Shown here: positions 29,631-39,044 of the stretch, piece by piece
Position numbering within the stretch: the first letter of the stretch is position 1
Layout of the letters: every line of letters starts with the position of its first letter
NCBI GenBank assembly: GCA_009936775.1
Contig: JAACDW010000247.1
Location: 1-45,480, forward strand
Reading direction: 5' to 3'
DNA: 45,480 nucleotides
Source of the DNA: Pseudomonadota bacterium
GTDB lineage: Bacteria; Pseudomonadota; Gammaproteobacteria; Pseudomonadales; Azotimanducaceae
Position numbers and translations under genes: made by a program
The notes under the pieces: generated by a model
The model's input: only the letters and a program-made list of their open reading frames with translations
The model's database searches: none
Told to the model about the DNA's origin: nothing

Positions 29631-30608
29631 ATGAACATGACTCCGACATCTCTGCTAGGCAGAACTTATTGCCATCTGGCCAGAACCTTATACGCATCGC
29701 TGATTATCCTAGGTACAAGTTATTGTAGCGGGCTCGCTGCCGAGACTGCTGCGGTTAGCGTGCAATGGATGGGTTCAATCGAATCACCCCTGCTGGATGA
29801 GTCCAGCGGATTGGCTGCGAGCGCTCATCATGCGGACGTCCTGTGGTCAATAAACGACAGTGGTGGCAAAGCTGAGTTATTCGCGCTAACCACCCAGGGC
29901 AAGCACTTGGGCATCTGGCCAGTAGATTTGCCTGAGCCAATTGACTGGGAAGCGCTGACAAGCTTTGTGGCGGACGGCACAGCCTATTTGCTGATCGCCG
30001 ACATTGGCGACAACTTTGCTATGCGCCGCACCGTGTCATATGTCGTCGTCGAAGAACCCGATGCTCGGACTGCCTCGCCAGAGGAGGCTTTGCAACCTGT
30101 GCAAACCCGTTCATTCAGCTACCCAGACGGGCCTCGGGACAGTGAAAGCGTCGCCGTTGACACGCGCCGTGGTGAGGTGTTGGTACTGAGCAAACGCACA
30201 CTGCCACCACAGCTTTATCGGCTGCCTTTGCCAAACTTTTCAGCCGCCCCAAGTGAAGTAGCAACACAACAAGTCCAACGTGCCGAATTGCTTGGACCCC
30301 TGCAAGGCTTTGTGATCCCCGACCGCAGTACGGCGGACTTTTACGGCACCAACTTCGCCTATATGGCCAGTCCTACGGGTATGAGTCTTGCTGGTGACCG
30401 GCTACTGGTAACGACCATGGAACACGCCTATGTGTTTGACCGCGCAAATCTAGCCGCACCGCCACAAGTCCTCAGCTTGCCATACGTCGGTCAGCGCGAG
30501 GCCATTACCTTTGCCTTGGGCAGTGATACTCGGGCCTATGTTTCCCAAGAGCGGCCAAACGGCACACGTCACGCGCATATTTTGCGCTTGGACATCACCA
30601 GCCAATAA
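29631..30608 (+). CDS. Probable exported beta-propeller protein of unknown function (start uncertain)
   Basis: Hydrophobic leader; motifs ESSGLAAS, LWSINDSG, DWEAL, IADIGDN, YPDGPRDSES, QREAI. Confidence 0.7.
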   Translation: MNMTPTSLLGRTYCHLARTLYASLIILGTSYCSGLAAETAAVSVQWMGSIESPLLDESSGLAASAHHADVLWSINDSGGKAELFALTTQGKHLGIWPVDLPEPIDWEALTSFVADGTAYLLIADIGDNFAMRRTVSYVVVEEPDARTASPEEALQPVQTRSFSYPDGPRDSESVAVDTRRGEVLVLSKRTLPPQLYRLPLPNFSAAPSEVATQQVQRAELLGPLQGFVIPDRSTADFYGTNFAYMASPTGMSLAGDRLLVTTMEHAYVFDRANLAAPPQVLSLPYVGQREAITFALGSDTRAYVSQERPNGTRHAHILRLDITSQ

Positions 30609-30622
30609 CTTAGCGAACTCAA

Positions 30623-31231
30623 CTACTGCCTAAGACTCTGCAAGGCGAGGGGTGGCTGCTGCAAACGCTGCGCAATTGTCTGTGCTACCTCTGCCGGGTC
30701 GGCGGCGCTGGTATCCACCTCTAAATCGTAAGTAACGCCGTGCTCGTGGACCTGCTCGAAGTGGGCTCTCGCCGTACCGGGGAAGCGTCCCGGGCGTAGA
30801 GCCTCACGCTCATTGATGACATCGAGACTGCACTTCACACCAACAAACCAAGTCTTTTGCGGGTCTACTACCGCGGCGTAGTCCTCTAAGTAATCACGTT
30901 TAAACAGCAGGTCATCGACGATGACGTTGCAACCCAACTCGCTCAGAGTCGCCACGGTTCTACGCATTGCCGCCAACACCCGTTCACCATAATCGCCGAA
31001 CTGAATATGCGTAACCCATTTACCATTTAACTCACCGGGAACCACATTCAGGCCCGACGCGCCCGGATCTCCCGGCGGCGAGTTGAGGCCACGCACCCGA
31101 CCGGGCATACCATCGCGAAATTGATCCAGAGCAATATGCTGATAGGGTTCGCACAGCAGGTTTTGGAGCGCTAAAGCCAAGGTTGTCTTGCCTGCACTCG
31201 AGCAGCCGTTAAGCAAGATGACATTCGACAT
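30623..31231 (-). CDS. Chloramphenicol phosphotransferase (CPT)-family P-loop kinase
   Basis: VILLNGCSSAGKTT, NVIVDD, FVGVKC..REALR.GR..G.A, YDLEVDTS; start set at ATG 31231. Confidence 0.85.
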   Translation of the reverse strand: MSNVILLNGCSSAGKTTLALALQNLLCEPYQHIALDQFRDGMPGRVRGLNSPPGDPGASGLNVVPGELNGKWVTHIQFGDYGERVLAAMRRTVATLSELGCNVIVDDLLFKRDYLEDYAAVVDPQKTWFVGVKCSLDVINEREALRPGRFPGTARAHFEQVHEHGVTYDLEVDTSAADPAEVAQTIAQRLQQPPLALQSLRQ

Positions 31232-31346
31232 AATTTCGTTCCGTAGATAAGTGTTGCCTACCGCTCTTTGCCATGGTCGTTTACCCAGCGGCTTGGGCAG
31301 GGCAGGATACTGGCCCCATACTGCGACGAAAAGACTTGAGAGCAAT

Positions 31347-32006
31347 ATGCATTGGCATTGCGACATGCAACTAGCAACGGCCCTGCAGCCATCGTGGCCG
31401 TTGCTGCCAGAAACAGCGATGGTATTGCAGTCTAAAGAGTCTGCAAAGGGCCGCCTGCTGCAGGCAGAAATTGCAATGAGCATAACCATGCGCGCTAAGC
31501 GCCAGTTGGACTACACCTCCGGCCGCCACTGCGCCCACATTGCCCAAGAGTTGCTGGGCCTGCCGCCAAACCCAATTTTGCAGGCCGACAGGGCACCCCT
31601 TTGGCCAACAGGACAGTGCGGAAGCATCAGTCACAGCAAAGACTGGGCACTGGCGGCGGTATCCACGCACTTGCGCAGCGTTGGCGTTGACGTTGAGCAG
31701 GTGCAACGAGTGACGCCGAGGCTGCACAGCTCGCTGTTTCGTCTGGAAGAGCTCGATGCCTTTACCACACTTCCCGCAACAGCACCGGCTATCGCATTCT
31801 CGGCCAAAGAGGCGGGCTACAAGGCTATTTTCCCAATCGGCGCGGCGTTCATTGGCTTTCAAGAAGCCAGTATTCAACTGGACTGGCAGCGACAAGAGTT
31901 TCGCATTCGCTACCATGGTGCCCATGCGCCCAACATGGCGCTAGAATCTGGCCTCGGCCACTGGCGGTTACTCGACCAGCATGTGATCACGTTTTTCGCC
32001 ATTTAG
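31347..32006 (+). CDS. 4'-phosphopantetheinyl transferase (EntD/Npt-like)
   Basis: KRQLDYTSGRHCA, APLWPTG..GSISHS, VGVDVE, FSAKEAGYKA. Confidence 0.88.
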   Translation: MHWHCDMQLATALQPSWPLLPETAMVLQSKESAKGRLLQAEIAMSITMRAKRQLDYTSGRHCAHIAQELLGLPPNPILQADRAPLWPTGQCGSISHSKDWALAAVSTHLRSVGVDVEQVQRVTPRLHSSLFRLEELDAFTTLPATAPAIAFSAKEAGYKAIFPIGAAFIGFQEASIQLDWQRQEFRIRYHGAHAPNMALESGLGHWRLLDQHVITFFAI

Positions 32007-32020
32007 GAACATTAGCGACT

Positions 32021-33250
32021 ATGCAAGCACTTTTAGGAATAGTCGTACTGCTTGGTCTTGCCTGGCTGCTCAGCGAAAACAAACAAGCGGTCGCGTGGCG
32101 CTTCGTGGCAGTGGGCATTGTTGTGCAAATTCTGCTGGCGGCGCTATTTCTACGCGCGGCTTGGTTGAGCGGCATTTTGCTCGCCATCAACAGTTTTATT
32201 AGCGCCGTGGGTGAGGCCAGTACTGCAGGTACTGTGTTTTTATTCGGGTATCTCGGCGGTGGCGACTTCCCGGTGCCTAGTGTGACAGAAGCACCCTATC
32301 TGTTTGCCTTTCGTGTGCTCCCCCAAGTCGTCGTGTTCTCTGTCGTCGTCGCCTTGCTCTGGCACTGGGGTGCGCTGCGAGCCTTTGTTCAGGGTCTCGG
32401 TTGGGCGTTGCGAAGAACGTTTCATATCAGTGGAACCGTGGCAACAGCGGCAGCGGCCAGCCTGTTTCTTGGCATGATCGAAACGCCCTTGGTGATTCGA
32501 GCCTATTTGAGTCAACTGACACGCTCAGAATTTTTCACCGTCATGTGTTTGGGTATGTCTACAGTGGCAGGTTCGGTGATGATTCTTTTTGCCGCTCTGT
32601 TGGGCGACGTGATGGATGGCATTGCGGGGCACATCGTCGGCGCGTCTATGATCAACGCTGTCGGCGCGATCTATTTGTCTCGTTTATTCATCCCCGAGAC
32701 CAAACAAGTGGCTATCTCATCAGCGCAGCTGGAACTGAAATACGAATCGTCCATGGACGCGCTTACTCAAGGCACCCAAGACGGCATGGCCATGGCCGTT
32801 AATGTCGGCGCCATGCTGCTGGTGCTGATTAGCTTCGTCGCCTTGGGCAACATCATGCTCGCCGCCATTACGGGCAGCGAGGCGCTCACCATTCAGTCGA
32901 TCTTAGGCTTCGTTTTCGCTCCCCTAGCATGGCTTATTGGTATTCCCTGGAGTGAGGCAGGGGTTGCGGGCTCGTTACTAGGCACCAAGGTGGTACTCAA
33001 CGAAATTATGGCCTATGTGCAGTTTTCGGCGAGTGCCGGCGTATTTTCCGAGCAGTCACGCCTGATCATGCTTTATGCGCTGTGCGGTTTTGCCAATATC
33101 GGCAGCCTCGGCATTTTGCTTGGTGGCCTGTCTGTTTTGATTCCCCAGCGTAAGCAGGAATATCTTGTGATCGCGCCAAAATCTCTGCTCTGCGGTACCT
33201 TGGTGAACTTGCTCACCGGGGCCATTGTCGGCCTTGTTCACCTCGTTTGA
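32021..33250 (+). CDS. nupC: Concentrative nucleoside transporter (NupC/CNT family)
   Basis: AWLLSENK, FAFRVLP, FLGMIETPL, GMSTVAGS, GTKVVLNE, YALCGFANIGS. Confidence 0.9.
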   Translation: MQALLGIVVLLGLAWLLSENKQAVAWRFVAVGIVVQILLAALFLRAAWLSGILLAINSFISAVGEASTAGTVFLFGYLGGGDFPVPSVTEAPYLFAFRVLPQVVVFSVVVALLWHWGALRAFVQGLGWALRRTFHISGTVATAAAASLFLGMIETPLVIRAYLSQLTRSEFFTVMCLGMSTVAGSVMILFAALLGDVMDGIAGHIVGASMINAVGAIYLSRLFIPETKQVAISSAQLELKYESSMDALTQGTQDGMAMAVNVGAMLLVLISFVALGNIMLAAITGSEALTIQSILGFVFAPLAWLIGIPWSEAGVAGSLLGTKVVLNEIMAYVQFSASAGVFSEQSRLIMLYALCGFANIGSLGILLGGLSVLIPQRKQEYLVIAPKSLLCGTLVNLLTGAIVGLVHLV

Positions 33251-33280
33251 AGGCGTAGATACCGAGGCTTGATGCCGCCG

Positions 33281-34297
33281 TCAGTCAATACTAAAACCCT
33301 GAATCCCTCGGCATAGGGTTGCCAAGTCATCGGCGCTGATGTCGCGATGCAATACCCAGCGCGGGCGACCAACGCGAATCCCCAGTTCACTCAGATGCTC
33401 GGCAAGAGCGCCATACGTTTCATCCGGCAGGGTTAAGTGCACCATATTGGTGGCGGAACGAACCGCACTATCGCCAAAGTTATCCGCCACGCAGGCAGCC
33501 AACTCGGCAGCGTGAATGTGGTCTTGGGCAAGATCATCGCGCTGGTACTGCAGTGCATGCAGTCCCGCGGCGGCGATAACGCCAGCCTGCCGCATGCCAC
33601 CACCTCAAACTTTGCGCCATCGACGGGCTTCATCAATCAACACCGCCGAACCCACCAAAAGCGACCCTACCGGTGCGCCCAATCCCTTGGACAAACAGAT
33701 AGAAACCGAATCAAAGGGCGCGGCTAGGGCTGCTGGGGTTCGATTCTGGGCCAGAGCAGCGTTAAACAAGCGCGCACCGTCTAAGTGCATGGCAAGTCCG
33801 CGCCGCTGAGCGAGGCCGGCAACAGCTTCAGCGTAGCCCAAGGGTAGAGGCTCGCCGGCATGCGTATTCTCAAGACAAATAAGGCGGCTGCGGGCGAAGT
33901 GGAAGTCATCGGGTTTAATTACCGCTTCAATGGCGTCCAAGCCAAGCGTACCGTCCATTGCCATCGGTACGGGCTGCGGCGGGATGCTGCCAAGAATTGC
34001 AGCGCCTCCGCCCTCGTAACGAAACGTATGTGCGCTGTCGCCGACAATGTACTCGTCACCGCGATCACAGTGCGCAAACAGGGCTAACAGGTTGGACTGG
34101 GTACCACTCGGCGCGTACAGGGCGGCTTCTTTTTCCAACAGCGCCGCTGCGTACTCCTGCAACGCAATAACTGTGGGGTCTTCGGCATAGACATCATCTC
34201 CAACAACGGCATGCAGCATGGCGTCGCGCATGGCTGTTGAAGGGGTGGTGAGGGTGTCACTGCGTAGGTCGATCAAGGCGGACTCTTGTTGCTGCAT
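33281..34297 (-). pseudogene. ltaE: Low-specificity L-threonine aldolase interrupted by one in-frame TGA at 33605-33607
   Basis: [47 protein letters not shown]; conserved motif reads RRWRKV*GGGMRQAG in frame. Confidence 0.9.
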
Positions 34298-34338
34298 ATG
34301 CCCTGTAGAGTGTGCCGAAAGCCGTTACAAACGGCCAT

Positions 34339-34364
34339 AAAAAAGGCCCGAATACGGGCCTTTT
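34339..34364 (-). terminator. Rho-independent terminator after exbD (possibly bidirectional)
   Basis: AAAAGGCCCG-AATA-CGGGCCTTTT perfect stem flanked by A and T tracts. Confidence 0.88.
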
Positions 34365-34395
34365 GTGTTTCTGACTTGTTGTTTTTAAAAGCTAG

Positions 34396-34809
34396 CTAAT
34401 TATTTTGCGCAAGCGAGACGTTGTAGACCCCAGCTTGGCGCGCCGAATCCATAATGTGGATCATCACATCCGTTGTGGAATCCGCGTGTGGCTGAATAAT
34501 TACCGGCGCTTCCGGGTTCTCAGCATGCAGCCTTTCGATATTCGCGCGCACCGAGCGCCGATCGATGTCGCGGGAGGCAATAATGATTCGGTCACGGTTG
34601 GTAATGCGCACCACAATACTCTTTTTGTCAGGGTCAACGGTTTTGGGCTTATCATCTTCTGGCTGATTCACATCCAATCCCACTTCCTTAACGAAAGTGG
34701 CGGTCACAATGAAAAAGATCAACATGATAAATACCACATCTAACATTGGCGTTAGATTGATAGCTTCAGTTTCTTCCTCGCCTCTTCCTCGCCCAAACGG
34801 TCGTCTCAT
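34396..34809 (-). CDS. exbD: Biopolymer transport protein ExbD/TolR
   Basis: INLTPMLDVVFIMLIFFIVTATF. Confidence 0.9.
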   Translation of the reverse strand: MRRPFGRGRGEEETEAINLTPMLDVVFIMLIFFIVTATFVKEVGLDVNQPEDDKPKTVDPDKKSIVVRITNRDRIIIASRDIDRRSVRANIERLHAENPEAPVIIQPHADSTTDVMIHIMDSARQAGVYNVSLAQNN

Positions 34810-34853
34810 CCCGCACCCTCTATAAACTAGTCAAAGTCGGATCGCATGGTATG

Positions 34854-36308
34854 TCATGAGACCTTGCGATTCCATAGGGGCAATAGACAGATTGCAGCAT
34901 TTGCCAACAGGATTCCGAGCGTGATTGGCCGTTCCAGCAAATAGGCCAACTCGCCCGCACTGAGCTGCAGGGCGCGACGCAAATTTTCTTCGAACAAACC
35001 GCTCAAAATAAAGCCCAGTAACAATGGGGCCAGCGGAAAACCAAAGCGCTTTAACAGCGTCGCCCCCAGTGCGAGTAGCAACATCAGCGACAGGTCAAAG
35101 ACGCTAAAGGTGGTGAGCAGGACCCCGAGCAGCGAAAAAGTGACCACTAGTGGTATGAGAATTTGCTGCGGCAGACTGACGATACGCGCCAAATAGGGAA
35201 TCAGAGGCAGGTTCATGCCCAGTAAAAATATATTGCCGATGTACATGGAAACAATAACGCCCCAAAACACCTCAGGCTGGTCTGTGACCAGTGTTGGTCC
35301 CGGCTGCAGGCCATAAGCCAACATGACGCCGAGCAAGACAGCCGAGGTTCCTGAACCGGGAACCCCCAAACTCAGTAGCGGTACAAAGGAACCCGTCGAC
35401 GCAGCGTTGTTGGCCGCTTCCGGCGCGGTCACACCCGCTTCGCGGGAACCGTCGCCGACTCGTTTTTCTAGGTCATACGCGAAAAAACTCGCCAGCGTAG
35501 CACCAGCACCTGGCATCACGCCGATAAAAAAGCCCAACACGGAACTGCGTCCAGCAACTCGCGCCAAACCGCGCAGTAACGAGATTGGAATCAGCAGATC
35601 GCGCGCTGAAAACTGTCCCGGGGGTTGCGATAGCGGATGCATGGCAAGGCGAAACGCTTCTGCCAGGGCGAAGGTGGCCATAACCAGCAAGACGAAGGGG
35701 ATACCGTCAGTAAGCTCTAGCAAACCCAGGGTAAAACGCTGCGTGCCGCCTAGCTGATCGGTGCCAACGGTGCCCAACATTAGGCCCAGCAGTAGGGTAA
35801 TCAAGCTGGCATTACGCTCGCCAGGCTGAGCAAAAATCACCACGCAAGTCATGGCAAAGAGCACCAACGCTGCGTATTCAGCGCTTTGAATGTGCAGTGC
35901 TACTGCCGCAAGGCTTGAGGCAAAAGCGAGCAATATCAATGCGCCAGCGGTACCGCCAAAAAACGATGCATAGGCTGCGATAGCCAGCGCCTTGCCGGCC
36001 TGACCCTCTCGCGCCATAGGGTATCCATCAAAACTCGTTGCCACCGTGCTCGCGACACCGGGGGCATTAATCAAAATGGACGAAGTAGAGCCGCCAAAAA
36101 CAGCGCCGTAGTACACGCCTGCCATCATAATCAGCCCACCGGTAGGGTCGAGGGAGTAGGAGACCGGAATCATCAGCGCGATGGCACTGATCGGCCCAAG
36201 ACCCGGCATCATGCCGATCAGCGTACCGGCTAAGCAGCCAAGGGCCACCCACAGCACATTTTGCAGCGTCAGCGCTGTTGCAAGGCCAGTAAGGACACCA
36301 TCCAACAT
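34854..36308 (-). CDS. tctA: Tripartite tricarboxylate transporter permease TctA
   Basis: GMMPGLG, SILINAPG, DGYPMAREG.AGKAL, APEAANNA, LGVPGS, GLQPGP. Confidence 0.92.
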   Translation of the reverse strand: MLDGVLTGLATALTLQNVLWVALGCLAGTLIGMMPGLGPISAIALMIPVSYSLDPTGGLIMMAGVYYGAVFGGSTSSILINAPGVASTVATSFDGYPMAREGQAGKALAIAAYASFFGGTAGALILLAFASSLAAVALHIQSAEYAALVLFAMTCVVIFAQPGERNASLITLLLGLMLGTVGTDQLGGTQRFTLGLLELTDGIPFVLLVMATFALAEAFRLAMHPLSQPPGQFSARDLLIPISLLRGLARVAGRSSVLGFFIGVMPGAGATLASFFAYDLEKRVGDGSREAGVTAPEAANNAASTGSFVPLLSLGVPGSGTSAVLLGVMLAYGLQPGPTLVTDQPEVFWGVIVSMYIGNIFLLGMNLPLIPYLARIVSLPQQILIPLVVTFSLLGVLLTTFSVFDLSLMLLLALGATLLKRFGFPLAPLLLGFILSGLFEENLRRALQLSAGELAYLLERPITLGILLANAAICLLPLWNRKVS

Positions 36309-36754
36309 CAGCTGATTGGAATGCTCATTTGCAGCAGCTGCTCAATCGCCAGATAGCCTAGCAGTGATGCTGTGACGCTGATTGTGCTCAGCACTGGCCA
36401 GCGCCGCTCACCGCAAATGTACAGGCCGCAAAGGAGTAGACCCGCGACAGCAAGCCATAGGTTGAGCCAGTACAGGCTCATGATGAAAACAATGATCAGC
36501 ACAGTGAACGCCAGTAGTGGACGCAGTCTTACCGCTGGCTGGCCACTGGCTCCCTCATTGGTGGACCCAGCTCTGGGTAGGCGCAGGGCATAAACCATCA
36601 CCGCTAGGCAGAGCAGTATGCCGTAGAGCTGGGGAAGGGTGCGTGAATGCACAGTGTCGGTCGCACTCCACGGGTCCAGTACAATCTCAGTGGACAGCAG
36701 CAGATAGCCAGCGCCGATGGCAAAGAGCACGAGCAATAGTAGATGCCTACTCAC
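36308..36754 (-). CDS. tctB: Tripartite tricarboxylate transporter small subunit TctB
   Basis: Small multi-TM protein between tctC and tctA; stop overlaps the tctA start. Confidence 0.82.
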   Translation of the reverse strand: MSRHLLLLVLFAIGAGYLLLSTEIVLDPWSATDTVHSRTLPQLYGILLCLAVMVYALRLPRAGSTNEGASGQPAVRLRPLLAFTVLIIVFIMSLYWLNLWLAVAGLLLCGLYICGERRWPVLSTISVTASLLGYLAIEQLLQMSIPIS

Positions 36755-36761
36755 TCTTGGC

Positions 36762-37730
36762 TCACCGGCGGATCAACCCCAGATCGCGCATAACTCGACC
36801 CAACATGGCCTCCTGCTGCGCCAAATAGTCGCTAAAACGCGCCCCGGGCAACAACATGGGTTGCCAGCCGTACCGTTCCAATTGCTGCTGCCAAGCCGCT
36901 GTCTGGGACACAGCGATAAGCTGGTCTTGTAGCCGTTGGGCGTCGTCTGCCGACATGCCGCTGGGAGCAAATACGCCACGCCAGTTGTAAAACACCACGT
37001 CGACGCCTTGGCTAACAAAACTCTGAATCGCTGCCGATGTCGATACGCTGTTGGTTACGCCGAGAATACGGATGCTGCCAGCGCGCTGGGCTGCAAGCGT
37101 CTCGCCAAGACCGCTGACCATCAAATCAACTTCGCCGCTGAGCAGTGCTAACTGAGCCTTGGCGCCGCCGTCGTAAGCAAGATACCGAACCGAGCGTGGG
37201 TCTATGCCTTCGGCTTGGGCCAGCAAAGACAGGGTAATGTGGTCCAAACTGCCTTTCACTGAGCCGCCGCCAACAAAGGTGCGCGTATTCCGATCTTGTA
37301 GCAATGCGACCGCTTCCTGCCAGTTGCTGATGGGTGAATCTGCGCGCACTGCGATGACGCCGGGGTCTGCAATCAGCCCCGCAATGGGCGTCAAATCGCG
37401 AAAGGAGTGCGGAAACAAGCCCTGCAACGAACGCACGATTAATGGCGCTGAATTGACCAGTAGGGTGTTGTCGAGGGTGCTTGCATTGGCAACAAAGTAG
37501 GCCATCGCCTTGCCTCCGCCGCCACCGCTACGATTTTCGTAACTCACCGCATCGTCAAGACCTGAGTCAATTAACGCATTGCCAAGCGCTCTGGCCGTGG
37601 CATCGAGGCCGCCACCGGGACCCGCAGGAATAATTAGATGCAGACGTTCAGCAAAGCCAAGTGTTGCTGCGCCAGCAAGCCATACCGCAATCAACAAACC
37701 CAACAACGCGCGCCCCATCGAGGCGCTCAT
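36762..37730 (-). CDS. tctC: Tripartite tricarboxylate transporter substrate-binding protein TctC
   Basis: Signal peptide, IIPAGPGGGLDATAR, ENRSGGGG, YDGGA, NWRGVFAP; ATG 37730 overlaps the upstream stop (ATGA). Confidence 0.9.
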   Translation of the reverse strand: MSASMGRALLGLLIAVWLAGAATLGFAERLHLIIPAGPGGGLDATARALGNALIDSGLDDAVSYENRSGGGGGKAMAYFVANASTLDNTLLVNSAPLIVRSLQGLFPHSFRDLTPIAGLIADPGVIAVRADSPISNWQEAVALLQDRNTRTFVGGGSVKGSLDHITLSLLAQAEGIDPRSVRYLAYDGGAKAQLALLSGEVDLMVSGLGETLAAQRAGSIRILGVTNSVSTSAAIQSFVSQGVDVVFYNWRGVFAPSGMSADDAQRLQDQLIAVSQTAAWQQQLERYGWQPMLLPGARFSDYLAQQEAMLGRVMRDLGLIRR

Positions 37731-38635
37731 TTGTTCAAGAAATTCAGCGGCAAGCCAGCAACCGGCCAATCCATGCTGACCAGTTGGCCGGTAGACGACA
37801 ACGTGATATAGGCGGTTTTCAAATCCGCTCCACCGAAGCAGATATTTGTGGTTACCCGATCTGGCATGGCAACAAAGCTGGGTGGCTGGTCGGTTGCCGA
37901 TAGCGTCGTGATACCGCCATCCATCAGGGTCGCAACACAAACGTCGCCGTTAGCATCCACTGCCAACGAGTCGAACATGAAAAACCCGCTGCGCCCGTTG
38001 AGCAGACGGCGCGATGCCGCCGTGTCGATGCGACCCGGCCCCTGCAACGGGTAGGCCCAAACCCGGCCGGTCGGGGTTTCGGCAACAAACAGCTCGCTCT
38101 CGTCCGCAGACAAACCAATGCCGTTGGGTGCCTCAAGCGGGAATATGGCCTCTTCAATATGGCTGCCATCGGGCAGGGCATAAAACACTCCGGTGCGGTC
38201 TCGGTCACGGGGTCGGTTTTTGCCGTGGTCAGTAAACCAAAAACCACCCTGCGCATCGAAAACAATGTCGTTGGGGCCCTTCAGCGCCTCGCCATCGCAG
38301 TGGCTGTAAAGCGTAACAAATTCGCCGTTCTGCAAATTCACCCGCTGAATGCTGCCGCCGGCGTAGTCGGCGGGCTGCTCGCCCGGATATACCTTGTCGC
38401 CGCGCTCAATCCACTCAAAGCCACCGTTGTTGCACACATAGCAAAAACCGTCCGGGCCCATGGCTGCGCCGTTGGGGCCGCCGCCAAGTTTGGCAATACA
38501 GTGTGCCTCGCCGTCCTTGATGCGGGTCAGCTGGCCTGCCTTGATTTCCACCAGCACAATGGAGCCATCGCTAAGTGCGATCGGTCCTTCAGGGAATTGG
38601 AGTGCAGTCGCGATCAGAGTCAGTTGTGGTTGCAT
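37727..38635 (-). CDS. SMP-30/gluconolactonase/LRE family protein
   Basis: LQFPEGP, GGGPNG, GPNDIVFD..GGFWFTD, PNGIGLS, DSLAVDANG, TTNICFGG; AAGGAG RBS before ATG 38635. Confidence 0.9.
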   Translation of the reverse strand: MQPQLTLIATALQFPEGPIALSDGSIVLVEIKAGQLTRIKDGEAHCIAKLGGGPNGAAMGPDGFCYVCNNGGFEWIERGDKVYPGEQPADYAGGSIQRVNLQNGEFVTLYSHCDGEALKGPNDIVFDAQGGFWFTDHGKNRPRDRDRTGVFYALPDGSHIEEAIFPLEAPNGIGLSADESELFVAETPTGRVWAYPLQGPGRIDTAASRRLLNGRSGFFMFDSLAVDANGDVCVATLMDGGITTLSATDQPPSFVAMPDRVTTNICFGGADLKTAYITLSSTGQLVSMDWPVAGLPLNFLNK

Positions 38636-38696
38636 TGCTCTCTCCTTGTGGCCCAAGATTCCACTCCAACGCACAACAGATAGCAAGGATATTACG

Positions 38697-39005
38697 GTGA
38701 TACGGACCCTCGTATGCATGCTCGCCGCACTGACACTTAATTTTGGCTGCCAGTCTTACGTAGACGGATCCAAACGCACCGCCGGCGAATTCGCCGATGA
38801 CGCACAGATAACGGCCATGGTGAAAATCAATCTGTGGGATGACCCAGAGGTCAAAGGCTGGCGCATCAACGTCACCACGAAGAAAGGCGTGGTCATTCTC
38901 GAAGGCCGGGTGCCGTCAGGGTATGCGCGCGACAAAGCCGTCCGCATCGCTGGCGCCACCGGCAGCGTTATCGGTGTAGAGGACCGCCTGACCGTGGTTG
39001 AGTGA
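38697..39005 (+). CDS. BON-domain lipoprotein (OsmY-like)
   Basis: Lipobox-like NFGC, RTAGEFADDAQITAMVK, INVTTKKGVVILEG; GTG start after AAGGA. Confidence 0.85.
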   Translation: MIRTLVCMLAALTLNFGCQSYVDGSKRTAGEFADDAQITAMVKINLWDDPEVKGWRINVTTKKGVVILEGRVPSGYARDKAVRIAGATGSVIGVEDRLTVVE

Positions 39006-39044
39006 GTGACATTCTGAATTACAAAAATTCTATAAGCTATTAGT

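Noticed and set aside
30623-31231. Chloramphenicol resistance gene
   Set aside because: Family-level similarity only; no mobile or resistance context
27260-33607. Selenocysteine at the internal TGA codons
   Set aside because: The positions are not Cys-equivalent catalytic sites, no SECIS-like hairpin was recognised, and these families are not known selenoproteins
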